Assembly (NCBI RefSeq): GCF_009914755.1
Contig: NC_060942.1
Length of the DNA stretch: 64,000 bases
Reading direction: 5' to 3' (one strand)
DNA from: the human T2T-CHM13v2.0 reference genome, Homo sapiens
Numbering within the stretch: the first letter of the stretch is position 1; every line of letters begins with the position of its first letter. Position numbers and translations under genes: made by a program. This document shows positions 1 through 15,049 of the stretch, one piece after another. The notes below the pieces were generated by a model. The model was not told the origin of the DNA. It was given only the letters and a program-made list of their open reading frames with translations, and searched no databases.

Positions 1-473
1 AACAATTAAATGTAAACAGGAACACTGAAAAGCAGATGAAGAGCAGTTAAGAAACAAAATAAACCATCAATAAGTGAGCTACAGCAACGGCAATAAAAGC
101 CACGTGTAAGTCCTAACTTCTCCCACAGTAGTAAATTTTAATACCATCAAATTTTGCAGTGTGCTAATAGTATAAGTGTTACCTTCTCTAAAAGGCAGCA
201 AATAAACAAAAAGAAAGAGCAAGTTGACTGAGAGCCTTTTAAAGGCAGATGTGAAGCCAACAAAACTATTACATAAAAAAGACCAAACCATGATCCTAGA
301 GGGCAAACCCTAAGAAAACACTCTAAACAAAGCCAGCACATGACTATTGGGAACCAAAGCCAGTTCTTAAACTTCATTTAAATATAGAGGGAGAACAAAA
401 ACAATTCAAATAGACAATTCACTTTGAGTCTTTTTAATAGGATAGTAAATTTAAAAATGAAATCTAAAGCAAC

Positions 474-541
474 CTTGAAGTTGATTCTGTAGTTTCTTTT
501 TTTCAGGATCATCAGATTCTCCTTCCCCATCACTGTCATTC
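474..541 (-). CDS. VPS4B: VPS4B coding exon 4 (68 nt; [24 protein letters not shown])
   Basis: Minus-strand translation matches the VPS4B linker. Acceptor ttttattag at 542-550, donor gttgct starting at 473. Phase is consistent with exon 3 (cumulative CDS 364 nt). Confidence 0.96.
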
Positions 542-1059
542 CTAATAAAAAGAATTTAATATATTCAAATGATCACTCATTGCTATCAAATAAGGCAAAA
601 ATGAAGGAAAAATTAACCTGAAATATTTGTAATTTCAGTGGCAAAATCAGACATTTACATTAAAAGTTATGCTTACTTATTTTAAAGAATGTAGTAAATA
701 AGAAGCAGTCACGTTATCATCAATAGAGAATCATGTAAAAGAAAGGGACAAAAAGACCAGAATGAAGTCAGGAACTAGCTCCAAATTCCCATGACATATT
801 TAGGTATGTATTAATTCATAAATGCATGCCCCACACATCACTCCATGAAGGATTCAAGATGAATCACAGGAGAGCTGCAAACAACAACAGTAAAAACATC
901 AGGACTGGGCAAGATATAAATTAGAACAAGAGGTCATATTAGGAGGAAAAAAATCTGGAACACTAAGGTACAAAGGTCTACAACCCTTAGTCTGGGGATT
1001 CCAAAGGACAGAGGAAGCTTCCTGATGACAATGAACTACACCCAAAGAACAAGTAGGTC

Positions 1060-1430
1060 GATCAAGGCATTTCATTCATATCTAGGGATTTATCTTGAGG
1101 AAATAATTTTAGACAAGTTCAAGCATTTGACCATAAGGATAATCACACCCACACTGTTTGCAAAAGGGGAAAAAGTAACTCATATTATAGGGACTAGCAT
1201 ATGACAGGATACATTGCAACATTTAAACGTGATGTAGAAATAGTTTATTGGAAAGATATTCCTGATACAATGTTAAGTATAAAAGTGATAAAGCCAAAAA
1301 TAAGGCATTATATCATTTTTAAAACAATAACATAAAGGGAGATAAAAGCATGACATGTTTTATGCCAAAATGGAATTGCCTTGGTTATCATAGGACGGTG
1401 GGGCTGTGGGTGAGGTAGACACTGCAAAAG
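1060..1430 (+). mobile_element. Degraded L1M(E)-type 3' fragment
   Basis: A-rich sequence resembling old L1 3' ends (ctagggatttatcttgaggaaata ... atgttaagtataaaag); heavily diverged. Confidence 0.4.
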
Positions 1431-1499
1431 ATTCACATGACACTCACTCCAACCTCTTTCTATCATGCTGTCCAGTACTATAAAGGCTGTCCTTATTAA

Positions 1500-1850
1500 A
1501 AACAAACAAACAAAAAAAACCCTGCCGTTTCTCATCTCCCTTGTAGCTAGGGTTCCACATGAGACCTAAATTCTTCCAAGAAGGTGGGGGCTGCTCACAA
1601 GGAGACAGAATCTTCAGGCGAAGGCACTGGTTTTGCTGAGGGAGCTGCGCAGAGGATTTACTACCTGCTCCCAAGCACCATCAGTGCTTAGCAGAGGAGT
1701 TGGCAACAGTGGGATCCCTACTTGAACAACCCTGGTACTGTTGGCCATTTCTCCTGATTCCCTGGCCCCACTATTCTGTAAGGTAATACCCTATAATATA
1801 TCCCTTTTTGCTTAAATTAGCCAAAGTGGGTCCTACTGTAAACGAAGATT
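1500..1850 (+). mobile_element. Old MaLR LTR (MLT1J/K-like) fragment
   Basis: 3' end atccctttttgcttaaattagccaaagtggg resembles the MLT1 LTR terminus. Confidence 0.4.
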
Positions 1851-3031
1851 GCTGTTCAGTACAAAAGAAAAACTGGCATCGCCTTGTCAGGTAATCATCC
1901 CAGAAGAGATCCTTACAGGGTTTTCAAGCAAGAGAGAAGAGCTTCTATGGACAAGGGAAGAGAAGCTTCTGCTGTCAAGGGAGTCTCAGTGACAGCTGGA
2001 GGTCCTGGGCAGTCAAGGTCAACTAAATTCTTCCCAATATTTTCACTTCATGTTTGGAGTCCCTGTTTTATACCAAATGTCCTCACTTTCATATAAGAAA
2101 CCCTAAGTTGGAATTCAGTAATTTGTAAGATCAGACTATCATCTGATTTTTGTTAAGTCAGTGCTATCGATGAAGAAGATAACATGTTCTTAGGGTGTCA
2201 CAGAAACTCCCTGGTTCCCCGATCACATCTTGAACAGAGAATATAAAACCTTGAGCTTAAGCTTATCATTTCCTTCAAACTCTGCCACATAGTTTGAAGC
2301 AGCCAAGTCAACACTGGTTCTTATATTCCTCATGTACTTCCAAATGGTCTGTGGTAGCAGCCACGAAGCCCCAAAGCACTGCCTAAAAGGCACTTCATTC
2401 CTTGTGACCACAGGGTATTGTCTAAATAACCTGCGCCACTGCATACCATGAACAATGAGAACCACATCCTCTAAAGCTGAGCAGAATCTCGCTGTTTTCA
2501 AACCCAAGCAGGCCAGATAACTCCATCCCAGAGTCTCATTTTCTTAAGGGTGTGTTACCTGGAACTACTGGCATCAATTAATAGGACAGCCAGAGAGGAT
2601 GTGGTTAGAATATGTTCCCAGTGCTGAGCACAAACTTGGCACGCATATGTCATGTACTGAATAAACAAATTCTGCATCTAGAAGTGATACATCCCCCATC
2701 TAGGAAGACATGCCAAAAATCAGTTTCAACGTTTATAAGTTATGCTGTGTTGTTTTCTTTACAATGACAACATAAAGCAAATCTAACACAAATTCACATC
2801 AAAAAATTTTGCATAAGATATCCAAAAAAAATTTACATTGTTGGAGTTACTTTTCATTTTTTCCATGTGGTCAAAGGTTTAACTCTCTGGTCACTCCTAT
2901 AACCTTAAGCTTCCATATTAGCTAATGGCCAGAGAGTAACTGAGTACTATTCCTACAAGCATTCTCTCCTCCTACTAGCAGGCAGTCAGGAAGGGTTGTT
3001 TGAGGAATATTATCCATTCAACTTGGCAAAC

Positions 3032-3257
3032 TAGGGGTCAGCAAACTTTTTTTTGTAAAGGACCAAACAAGTAAATATTTTAGGTTTCGTGGGCCATACG
3101 GTCTCCACACAACCACACAACTTTGTTGTTACGGCACGAAAGCAGCCCTAGACAACAATATGTAAAAGAATGGGCACGGCTGTGTTCTGATAAAGCTTAT
3201 TCCAAAAACAGGCAGCTGGGCAGCTTTGGCCCATGAGCCATAGTTTGCTGACACCTG
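3032..3257 (+). mobile_element. MER58A-like hAT-Charlie MITE
   Basis: Terminal inverted repeats aggggtcagcaaact ... agtttgctgacacctg, with an internal sequence typical of MER58A. Confidence 0.85.
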
Positions 3258-3329
3258 TTTTAATCAAAAGAAATTTCACAAATCGAAAGCAAAAAGCCAC
3301 AATAAAATTGAACAATTTTAAACACGTAC

Positions 3330-3486
3330 CCCTTCTCATCTGCTGGACTCGGCTGTCCTTCTTTCACTGGCTTCTGTGCTTTTTTCTCTTTATTTTTCAG
3401 GTACTCCTTTAGTTTTTCTGCTCTATCAAGATATTCTGTACACTTTGCCCTGATACTTTGCTTGGCTTTATCACCCTGTGCTTCAT
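3330..3486 (-). CDS. VPS4B: VPS4B coding exon 3 (157 nt; [53 protein letters not shown]), MIT domain C-terminal part
   Basis: Contained in ORF 3260..3520. Acceptor tttaatag ending at 3487, donor gtacgt starting at 3329. Confidence 0.97.
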
Positions 3487-4134
3487 CTATTAAAGGGAAA
3501 TGAGAGAGATTTTTTTCCATTAGTATTCTATGTAGAAAGGTTTGAACTCTTAAATATGTATTTCTTCAGACAAGGAAATTCTATGTTGGAAGAAGGAGGG
3601 AAGATCATCTCTAACTCATCATAGCCAATGATTATCACCTCTTTTCTACCCCTTCCTCCAGCAGGGTTGGAGACCAACAGTGGGTCTGAATCAGAAACAA
3701 CCTAAGCAAGACAGCAGGGTATATTAAGTTAATGTTAACTAACAGGAAATTATTTAATATTCTGAAGCTTTCATATTTTTCCCTTACATTTTTGCAGATA
3801 GTTCAAAGTTGCTTGTCTTAGACAAACCCAATTATAAAAAAGACAAATAGAAGGAAAGCAGTATTAATCATTTCTATGAATGTCTACAAAAGCTTTATTT
3901 CAGAAGAGTAAAGTGATGGAAATCCCATATATTCTGTGTAATACCAACATCGTAAATTTTACTACACAAAGGCCTCTGTCAGAGCTGTTTTCAAAGTGAA
4001 CTTTGGCAACACGTGCAATAGATGGGATGAGCCCCACATAGCTTACAGGTTATGACTCATTCTTAGTCTCACTTTAACATAAAACCTCAGAACTAAATGG
4101 GAGAAGCTCAAAAGAACATCTTCAATCATCTAAC

Positions 4135-4240
4135 TGCATTCCATTTAAGAGCTATGAGGGCAGGGGTCTTAACCATTTCTTTCCATTGTATCCCCAGTGC
4201 CTGCCACGTGGTACACACGCAATACATATCTGTAAAGACA
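4135..4240 (+). mobile_element. L2 3' end fragment
   Basis: atgagggcagggg...tgtatccccagtgcctgccacgtggtacacacgcaatacatatctg matches the L2 3' terminus. Confidence 0.6.
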
Positions 4241-4506
4241 CAAATAGAATGTCTCCTAACCTATTTTCCACTGACTAGACTACATTTTAAGATGTTTACA
4301 TATACAAAGTAATAACTATGATGGCTGTCACATTTGCTAGCTACATCTCAATACTTAAAAATCACTAGAAAGAAAGTGGAGTATTTTTTTTTTTTAACAA
4401 ATGGATCGTTTAGAATTGTCTGGCATTATATTTCAATTTTTTAGAAATGAAACAGAATAAATTTTCCTTTTCGTGTTTTTAAATAAAATATAACCTATGG
4501 CCTCAC

Positions 4507-4618
4507 ATTTAACGACATGAAGAAAATACTGCACAGCATGCTGATAGAGCTGAAGGGCTTCTTCGTAGTTCCCAGCCTTGTCTTCTTGCGCTGCTTTGCT
4601 AGCCAGATCTATCGCTTT
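4507..4618 (-). CDS. VPS4B: VPS4B coding exon 2 (112 nt; [38 protein letters not shown]), MIT domain
   Basis: Manual minus-strand translation. Acceptor ctcaaacag ending at 4619, donor gtgagg starting at 4506. In frame with exon 1 (27 nt). Confidence 0.97.
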
Positions 4619-5519
4619 CTGTTTGAGGGAGGCAAAATAACAACATTTAAATCAAAGCATAAACATAAATTTGAAGTAAATAATCATACTGAAAGTTTTT
4701 TTTTTTTTTTAAAGCTTCTCAGCTTGCTGGGCTGTGAAAGAAAACAAAAATAAGTAAAAAATAAACAGTAACTAAAAAATCATTTTTTTCTAACTCACAA
4801 CTGTATTTTATTATAAATTACAAGTTGAAAAGATGCAAATTACATGTTATAGGAATAAATGCTACTGAATGTTACTTTAGTACCAATCGCTAACATTTAC
4901 ATGTAATTTTCACTTAGCTAAAGTTAAATTTAGGGCTAATAAGAAATAATAGAATGTGAAAATTCAAACTAAACAAGCATTTAGAGAAATTCTCAAAAAT
5001 TAAATGCTGCTTTAATCTAAAAGATATAACAATAGTGGAAATGTAAATGGGGTGAAACCTCTTCAGAAGCAATGGGGCAATGAAATATCAAGAATCTGAA
5101 AAATACTCATATATTTCAATCCAGTAATTAACTAAAAGGTTTACTGAGCACAGATATTATCAGAGAGGTCTTTTAAGTAACAAAAACAAAACCTGGAAAC
5201 TTAAATCATAAAGGATGCCACAAAACAGAACACCAAAGGATCACTAAAATAACATTAAGAAATATTTGTAATAATATGGAAAGTGTTAATAATGGGCATT
5301 TTTAAAAAGCAGGACACAACTTTTTATATGTAGCAGGAATTTATTTGAAACAACAGCAGAAAAAAGCAGCACAGGAAAAAGATGGGAAGGAAATTGTTAA
5401 ACAGAGTTTATCTTTGATAAAACATATATTTTTCATTTTCTACTTTTTCACATCTTCTAAAAAATGTCCATAAGGAACATGGACTACTTTTGTGGCATTT
5501 TTTTAAAAAGTCCCAGAAA

Positions 5520-6680
<1,161 letters not shown>

Positions 6681-7055
6681 TCAACAGAAATAGGTGCCAG
6701 TAAAAAAAAATGAAAATTGACAGTTGTTAGAGATATTAAAAAGTAAGTATATAACATAAGCAAAAAATCATTCAAACAATGCAAAAACCAATTATGTGTA
6801 AGAATATTACATTTTGGGGCAGTTGAGCATGGATTGGATATAACTGGGCTGAGATCTGTAAATGGGAGGAACAGGTCTCCCGCTGGAAGACCATGCTTCC
6901 TCTATTGTAGCAGGGAAGAAAAATAAATGGTTTACTTCAGAATTGATAAAATGTAATAGTTACGTATCTCACAGGTCAAGTAGCCTAAATTCAAAGCTAA
7001 ATTTTCAAGTTTTATCAGCTAGTATATGAACATAAAACATGGAGTCACACAGTCA

Positions 7056-7442
<387 letters not shown>

Positions 7443-7474
7443 TCAGTGGTTAAGCCACATAGCAGAAATAAATC

Positions 7475-7899
<425 letters not shown>

Positions 7900-7979
7900 T
7901 GATTTTTATTAAGTTAAATCTCTTATACTGCAGTGGGTATTATTTAAGCATCTAGCTCCAAACATAGTGCTAATTAAAC

Positions 7980-8106
7980 CAGCCTTTCCCTGATGATGAG
8001 AATGTCTGTATATGGCTTCTGAGCACTTGAAATGTGGCTAGTGTGACTGAGGAGTGAGTTTATGTAATTAAAATAGCCACATGCAGCCACTGTACTGGGT
8101 GGCACA
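7980..8106 (+). mobile_element. MER3-like hAT MITE (internally deleted)
   Basis: gagcacttgaaatgtggctagtgtgactgagga ... aatagccacatg. Confidence 0.7.
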
Positions 8107-8190
8107 CGTTAAACCTTTAATCGAAGACGATGAATTAAGAGGATATGCATCTGTTTTTTTTCTGCTGATGAATACCATTTCAACCTTATT

Positions 8191-8266
8191 TCTGTTAACA
8201 TTTTTCATCTGAAATAAAATTAACCATGTCTGTTAGCATTTTTCATTTGAAATAAAATTAACCATG
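8191..8266. repeat. 38-bp tandem duplication (2 copies, 2 mismatches)
   Basis: tctgttaacatttttcatctgaaataaaattaaccatg / tctgttagcatttttcatttgaaataaaattaaccatg. Confidence 0.9.
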
Positions 8267-8296
8267 TCTTCTATGGTTAATTCTGGAGAGCTAATT

Positions 8297-9525
8297 ATTT
8301 TATTTTTTCATTCCAGAAAGCTTTACCGGAGGGATCCATACAAAGGACATCCCCGCACTTCCATAGTTTCTTGATGGACATGTTTTACTCTCTATCCTTC
8401 TGCATGACGCTGGCTACTGCTATCTCAAAGTCCTCCTGGGTGACATGCACTCGCCGTTCCCTCAGGGCATATATGCTGCTTTCTCTGTATATGACTTTCA
8501 CTTCAGCCCCTGATGCTCCTGGCATAAGCTTGGCAATTTTTCTCTGGTTGATCCCCTGGGTCAGGTTCCTTTTCAGAGAATGGATCTTCAAAATGTCCAG
8601 CTGGAATTCAATTTTTCTGTTGATGTGCCCTGAGTGAAGCAGTGGTCCATGATAACCTTGATCTTCTTGGGGGCCTCAAAGCTGTCCAGTTGGTTGAGCA
8701 GTTCCAGCACGATGTGCAGCACTTCACTGTCCCCTCCAGAACCCCCCTCCAGCTGCGAGGAGCTGATGGAGCTGATGACAGATGGCAGGTCCTCATGCCA
8801 TGACAAACAGCTCCCTCACCATTCTTGGCCCTTCCCCGATGAATTTCTATACAAATTCAGAGCCAGGGATATGAACAAAGGTACAGTCTGTATGGTGAGC
8901 CACAGCCTAGGCAAACAGTGTCTTCCCAGTGCCTAGAGGTCCGTACAGCAGTACCACCCTGGGTTGTGTGATACCCAGTGCTTCAAAGAGCTTGGAATGC
9001 TTAACAGGCTGCTCGATCACTTCTGTGATGTCCTTAATCTGCTTGTCCAGTCCACCAATCATCTCTTAAATCAAGGTTGGCACCTTCTCCACCATCACTG
9101 GTGACACCAGTGGGTCTACTTTGCTGGGTATGATATTGTGCAGTGTGTCGCTATCATTTCTTAGCGCCCCCCTGGCAATTGGGTCTCATGTCATTGATGT
9201 TGCTGTTTCTGTCCACATCTAAGACAAACTTGCCCTTGGGATACACCTTGACTAACACTTTCTCCTTATTCATGGCCCGGACTACTTCCCTTATACAGGA
9301 GCCCTGTTCCTGCAGCAGCTGTAGCTCCTCCTGCAATAGGTGAACTTTTGCATTGAGTTCATTCATTTATGCCTGCAGCCTCTGGAGGTCCTGGCTGTTA
9401 TCATTCACTACTGACTGGAGTTCTTCAGTCTCAGACAGATAATACTGGCAGAGTCTGTTGCCTGTCTTCCCCTCTTCCAGCTCCATCTGCTCTGGTCCAT
9501 CAAACATTATCTTCCCTTTTCAGCC
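8297..9525 (-). pseudogene. Processed pseudogene of PSMC5 (26S proteasome AAA+ ATPase Rpt6/SUG1)
   Basis: Intronless PSMC5 peptides from [12 protein letters not shown] (~9500) through [54 protein letters not shown] and [16 protein letters not shown] to NMSIKKLWK (8358). Start codon is ATA (9508-9510); multiple stops, frameshifts and deletions. Degenerate poly(A) at 8297-8308; TSD agagctaatt at 8287-8296 and 9526-9535. Confidence 0.95.
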
Positions 9526-9544
9526 AGAGCTAATTTTCTTTCTG

Positions 9545-10138
9545 AATATAATCCTCACCATCTCCCTTGCTAACACCCTAGTTCAAGCTGCTATCATATA
9601 TGTCAAAACTACTACCCAGCCTCGTGAGTGGTCAGTCTGTTCCCACCCTTGCTACCTCAAAACATAAAAGGTAACCTTGATGGTCTCCCATTAAAAACAA
9701 TAAAATCCTGATGCTAGAGCTGATCTACAAGGTCTGAAATAACCTGGGCCCTAGCTACGTGTGGTTCTCCCCGAACCCTAGAATCCTCCTGCACTCAGGC
9801 AGCCCAAGCAGTTGAACCCTTCCACCTAGAATGCTCTTCCCTCCTTTCCCCAGACAGATGCATGATGTCTCCTTTTCAGTCCTAGTTCAGATGGCAAGTC
9901 CTTAGAGAGGCCTCCCTAATTTGCTATAACAAAGGCTGCACCTCATTCCTTCTCTTTGCTATCTGCCCCCACTGCACTCTCTCATCCCATCACTGTCATT
10001 GTATTTACCTGTATGCTCACCCACTGGCTGTCTCCTTTAGGGAGGTAGGTTCCATGAGGACAGGACTTCACCTTGAGCTACCCATGCCTAGAATGGTGCC
10101 GGCATACAACAGGTACTCGAAATTGTTTAACGAATGAA
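9545..10138 (+). mobile_element. L2 element 3' portion
   Basis: Typical L2 motifs (cctagaatgctcttcc, ccttagagaggcct), ending ccatgaggacagg...tgcctagaatggtgccggcataca...ttaacgaatgaa. Confidence 0.7.
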
Positions 10139-10729
10139 AAAAAAAATTCCCTACTCCTTTTTCAGTATCTTCTTCCTTTTGGTTACTTCACTTCTGTCAT
10201 TCTTAACAATTTCTCTCCACTAGATATTTCCATCGACATACAAACAGCCCTCCTTTAAAAAGTCTTATTTGACAAAACACTGTTCGGTGTTAGTTCTGTT
10301 TCTCTGCTACCTTTTAGAGCCAAAAATCTCACCAGAGTGGCCTCTATTCTCTTTCCTGTATCACATAATAAAACGGCTCATATCAAGGCTCTCTAGCATG
10401 CTAGATCCAAACACCAGCTCTGTCTTCTTGATCTTCTGACATTTTACAAAGTTGATTATTTCCTCCTTCTTGGACACTGTCCTCTGCTGAGCCCCCAACC
10501 ACCACTTTGCTGGTTTTCCTCCCACCATTCTGGCTCCTCCTTCTCAGCGTCCTTCATTGATTCTTCCTCTCTTATGTGACAATGAAGTATATTCATCAGG
10601 TGTGGGCTGGGACTCATTTCTCTCTGTTTCCTCCCCCCCTACATCAGTGACTTAAGGCTGATGATCTTTGTGTGTGCATGTGTGTGTCTGAGCATGCATA
10701 TGTTTTTTTTGTTTTTTTTTAATTTATTG

Positions 10730-10842
10730 GCCTCTCTCTTCTATTAGAATGTAAGCTCCAGGAGAACAGCAGTTCTGTCTGTTGTCTTCACTTCTTTATA
10801 TTCCCAGAGTCTAGCACAGTGGCTGACACAAGACTGAATGAC
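10730..10842 (+). mobile_element. L2 3' end fragment
   Basis: tagaatgtaagctccaggagaacagc...tctagcacagtggctgacaca. Confidence 0.65.
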
Positions 10843-11456
10843 TGTGTCACCCCAGGATCAGTCAGGATCCAGTTATCCATACGGAAGTATAAAGGTTGGG
10901 AACATGTGGAATTGTCCTGTTCCACTTAGGAGTCCCAGACACATCCACCTTAGAAAACCCTGAGAAATGGGGTAAATTCTACAATTACCTACCTCAGAAG
11001 AGGTGTCCCAGGCCCTGTCTGTTGAGACCAATTCTTTCTCCTCTGCTGTGGAGCTGATCCCCACCTTCCTCTGCTGACATTTACTCCATCAATGACATGC
11101 CTATCAACTGTTCTCTCCAACCTTTCCTTTTTTCCCTCAGCAGAAAAATGTGTTGTCCTATCTCAGACTCACATCTGCAGAACACAAACTACACACCATC
11201 ACTCCTCAGCTCCTCGGTTCTCCTCTCCCTACATCTCACTCATCTCTTTGCCTCCACAGCAAAATCCCAAAGAATACCCATGTTCATCCCAGTTTCCTGA
11301 TCTCCTATTTCTCCCACAGCAATGCTTTCTGCCTCCTGATAGCCAAATCATATGCTTATCTCACTCCCTCTCCGCAGCATTTAACACACACAACAAATAC
11401 CCTGACAGTGTCTCCTTGCCTGGCTGTCATGACACCATTTTCTTCTAGTTTTAGTA

Positions 11457-11759
<303 letters not shown>

Positions 11760-12182
11760 TAATTCTTTTCCAGGCTCCCATTTCTCTCTCCTTAACTGTC
11801 GCTAATCCATAGAATTTCTAACGTGGTCTTTGTTTTGCCTTATTCTGTAAACTCTCCAGGATGTGACTCTGTATGCCTACAACCTCTGCTACCACCTGTA
11901 CGCTAATAAATCCTTATTTCCAGCCTAGTCCACTCTCCCTACTTCTACACATATGTATGCAAATATTCACCGGACATTTCCATTTGATTGTCTCCACAAG
12001 CATCTCAAACTCGACAAGTTTAGAACCAAATTATTTTGCTCCCTTGCCCTGGCCCCAAATAGCTCTCCTTTTGTATTCCCAGAACCAATCCCTACCTGAG
12101 TTGGGTACTCAGATACCCAACCCAGAAATCTGGGAGAAAACTCAGACTCTTCCTCCTCCCTCACTTTTAAAATGCAGATACA

Positions 12183-12471
12183 GCAGGGAGCAGTGGCTCA
12201 CGCCTGTAATTCTACCACTTTGGGAGGCCAACGGGGGTGGATCACCTGAGTTCAGGAGTTTGAGACTGGCCTGGCCAACACAGCGAATCCCCGTCTCTAC
12301 AAAAATTAGCTGGGTGTGTTGGTGCATGCCTGTAATCCCAGCTGCTACATGGGGGGCTGACGCAGGGGAATCGCTTGAACCTGGGAGATGGAGGTTACCA
12401 TAAGCCGAGATCATGCCACTGCACTCCTGCCTGGGCAATAGAGTGAGACTCTGTCTCAAAAAAAAAAAAAT
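12183..12471 (+). mobile_element. AluS
   Basis: 13-bp TSD aaatgcagataca (12170-12182 / 12472-12484). Confidence 0.92.
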
Positions 12472-12609
12472 AAATGCAGATACAAGCTTGACTCTTCTCC
12501 ATCTTCAATTTTTCTCCTTTGATCAACCCTTTCCACTTCATTTGAATGGATACTCTACTAATTTGGCCCCTTACCGCCTCCCATCCCACAGACCTTGCCT
12601 CCTTGCCCA

Positions 12610-12889
12610 GTACATTTTATTACAATATACTGTAATAAAAGTGATGTGAATGTGGTTTCTCTCTCAACATCTTATTGCACTGTTCTCAACCTTCTTGTGA
12701 TTATGTGAAATAATAAAATGCCTACGTCATGATATGAACTGAAGTGAATGACACAGGCATTGTGACATAGTGTTTCAAAATTATGAACTATTTATTCTAG
12801 AATATTTCATTTAAAATTTTTGGACCCAGGTTAACTTCGGGTTATTGAAACTGTGGAAAGTAAAACCACAGGGAAGTGGAGAATACTGT
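12610..12889 (+). mobile_element. Tigger2-family (MER8/MER28-like) DNA transposon fragment
   Basis: gaaactgtggaaagtaaaaccacagggaagtggagaatactg resembles the Tigger2 TIR end; internal taaaatgcctacg...gaatgacacaggcattgtgac. Confidence 0.65.
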
Positions 12890-13204
12890 GCAGCTTTATT
12901 ACATTATATAATTTTGATTTTTAGTTATCTGCATTCCCTCATTAGATTATAAGCATCTGGCCACAGAGATTTTTGCCTTGTTCAGCAGGAAGTTAATCAC
13001 TACATGAATATTAATCCAAATTTCCTAGGTTAGAAGGTTGAAAAGGTTGAATGAGAAAGCACACATGTGAACCTACCACTAACAAAATTACAATTCAAGA
13101 TCCTTCCTGCTTAAGAGTAACAATTATGCCTTTCATGTTGGTCAGTCTCTGGCTGATTCACTGAAGAACAGCCAACAGTCCAATTCAAGTATGATGCATT
13201 CTGG

Positions 13205-13503
<299 letters not shown>

Positions 13504-13796
13504 CCTGCAAATGATGAAGATTATGTTGTAGAGTATCGAAATCACATGCAAAGTCTCTGACAAATGAAAAGCTGGTGGAATAAAAATTGTTAAAAAGCCA
13601 ACGATGACAAGATGGGCACTTCAGAAGAGTCACCTTTAATACTCAAGGGAAAAATACTTTTACCAAATGACCAACGCTTTTTCCAAATACGTTTACCAAA
13701 AAGAACCTTTCCAAATAGGACTACAAAAAGCTACAAAAAACTCAAGTGAAGATTGCTGAATCTTAGTTTAATACAACCTTGGTGAAAAAGATAGTC

Positions 13797-14076
13797 ATCT
13801 GGGCACGGTGACTCACGCCTGTAATCCCAGCACTTTGGGAGGCTGAGGTAGGCGGATCACCTGAGGTCAAGAGGCCAGCCTGGGCCCACATGGTGAAACC
13901 TCATCTCTACTACTAAAAATACAAAAATTAGCTGGGCGTGGTGGTGGGTGCCTGTAGTCCCAGGTACTCAGGAGGCTGAGGCAAGAGAATCGCTTGAACC
14001 TGGGAGGTGGAGGTTGTAGTGAGCTGAAATCACGCCACTGCACTCAAGGCTGGGCGACCGTGCAAGACTCCGTCTC

Positions 14077-14107
<31 letters not shown>

Positions 14108-14117
14108 GGAAAAAAAC
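13797..14117 (+). mobile_element. AluS
   Basis: Full Alu with long A/G tail. Confidence 0.9.
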
Positions 14118-15049
14118 ACAGACAAATCAACACTTGACTTATTCCACAAAATGAGTCATTGTTGCAATTATACAATTATAATATTTTGTGAAAGATAACA
14201 ATTATTTTAATAATCTTCTAGGTCGATTTTCAAGATGAAAGTCCCAAGCAAGCCTCCTTTCCCACTCTTTTTGTGTATGTGTGTGTGAAATTTTAATCTC
14301 TGTTTAAGTGGGTCTACTTTGAGTGGTCTTTCTTCAGAATCAATTATCATGGGTTAAGGAGTTCTTCCATTACCTTTGATGCCTCTATCAGGCACTCCAA
14401 TAACTGCTTGTTCAACAAACTACCGGAAGTCCACGACGGGGACTCAATACAAGTATTTTAGGCTACTCTTTTGTGCCTTATTGACTTACTGGACTGGGAG
14501 TCCTCTACATTAAGCCACATTACATTCTAAACGCCACTGAAGCCCTAGATCCATTCTGGGGATGGGAGACACCATTACATTAAGAAATTTCTTTTCTGAA
14601 CGAATTCCATTCCACAGAGGACTAACGATTAAGCCTAAAATCTTAAGATTCCATGATTTGTGTACAAAACACTGTGCTCATTGCGGTAGAGGAGGGGAAG
14701 TGGAGCCACACAGAGGTTTAAGAATACTCCTCGATCTTACACACTACCATCTGGGAGCCACAGGAGTGTGCACATAAATTCAATGACTTCACGGAGATTG
14801 CATGCAGGCTGGCTGTAATCTCAGATTCTTGGTCTGTTCCCATATCTCTACTCACCTGACAGCTCAGAATGAAGGGGTCTGCTGTCAGCTTGAGAAACTA
14901 AGACCGAACTATGACCACCCTATCTTCAACTGGTCCAGAATAGGGCTTTGCAAAAATTACGTTCTTTCTTTCTCCGTTAACCCTGATTGGAGAAACCTGC
15001 CCAGATCTTGGCTGGTTTGGAAGCGGGAAGTGTCAACAAAAGTGAAGAG

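Noticed and set aside
8385-9366. ORFs with proteasome ATPase peptides as a functional gene
   Set aside because: They are fragments of the PSMC5 processed pseudogene, with stops, frameshifts and deleted catalytic motifs.
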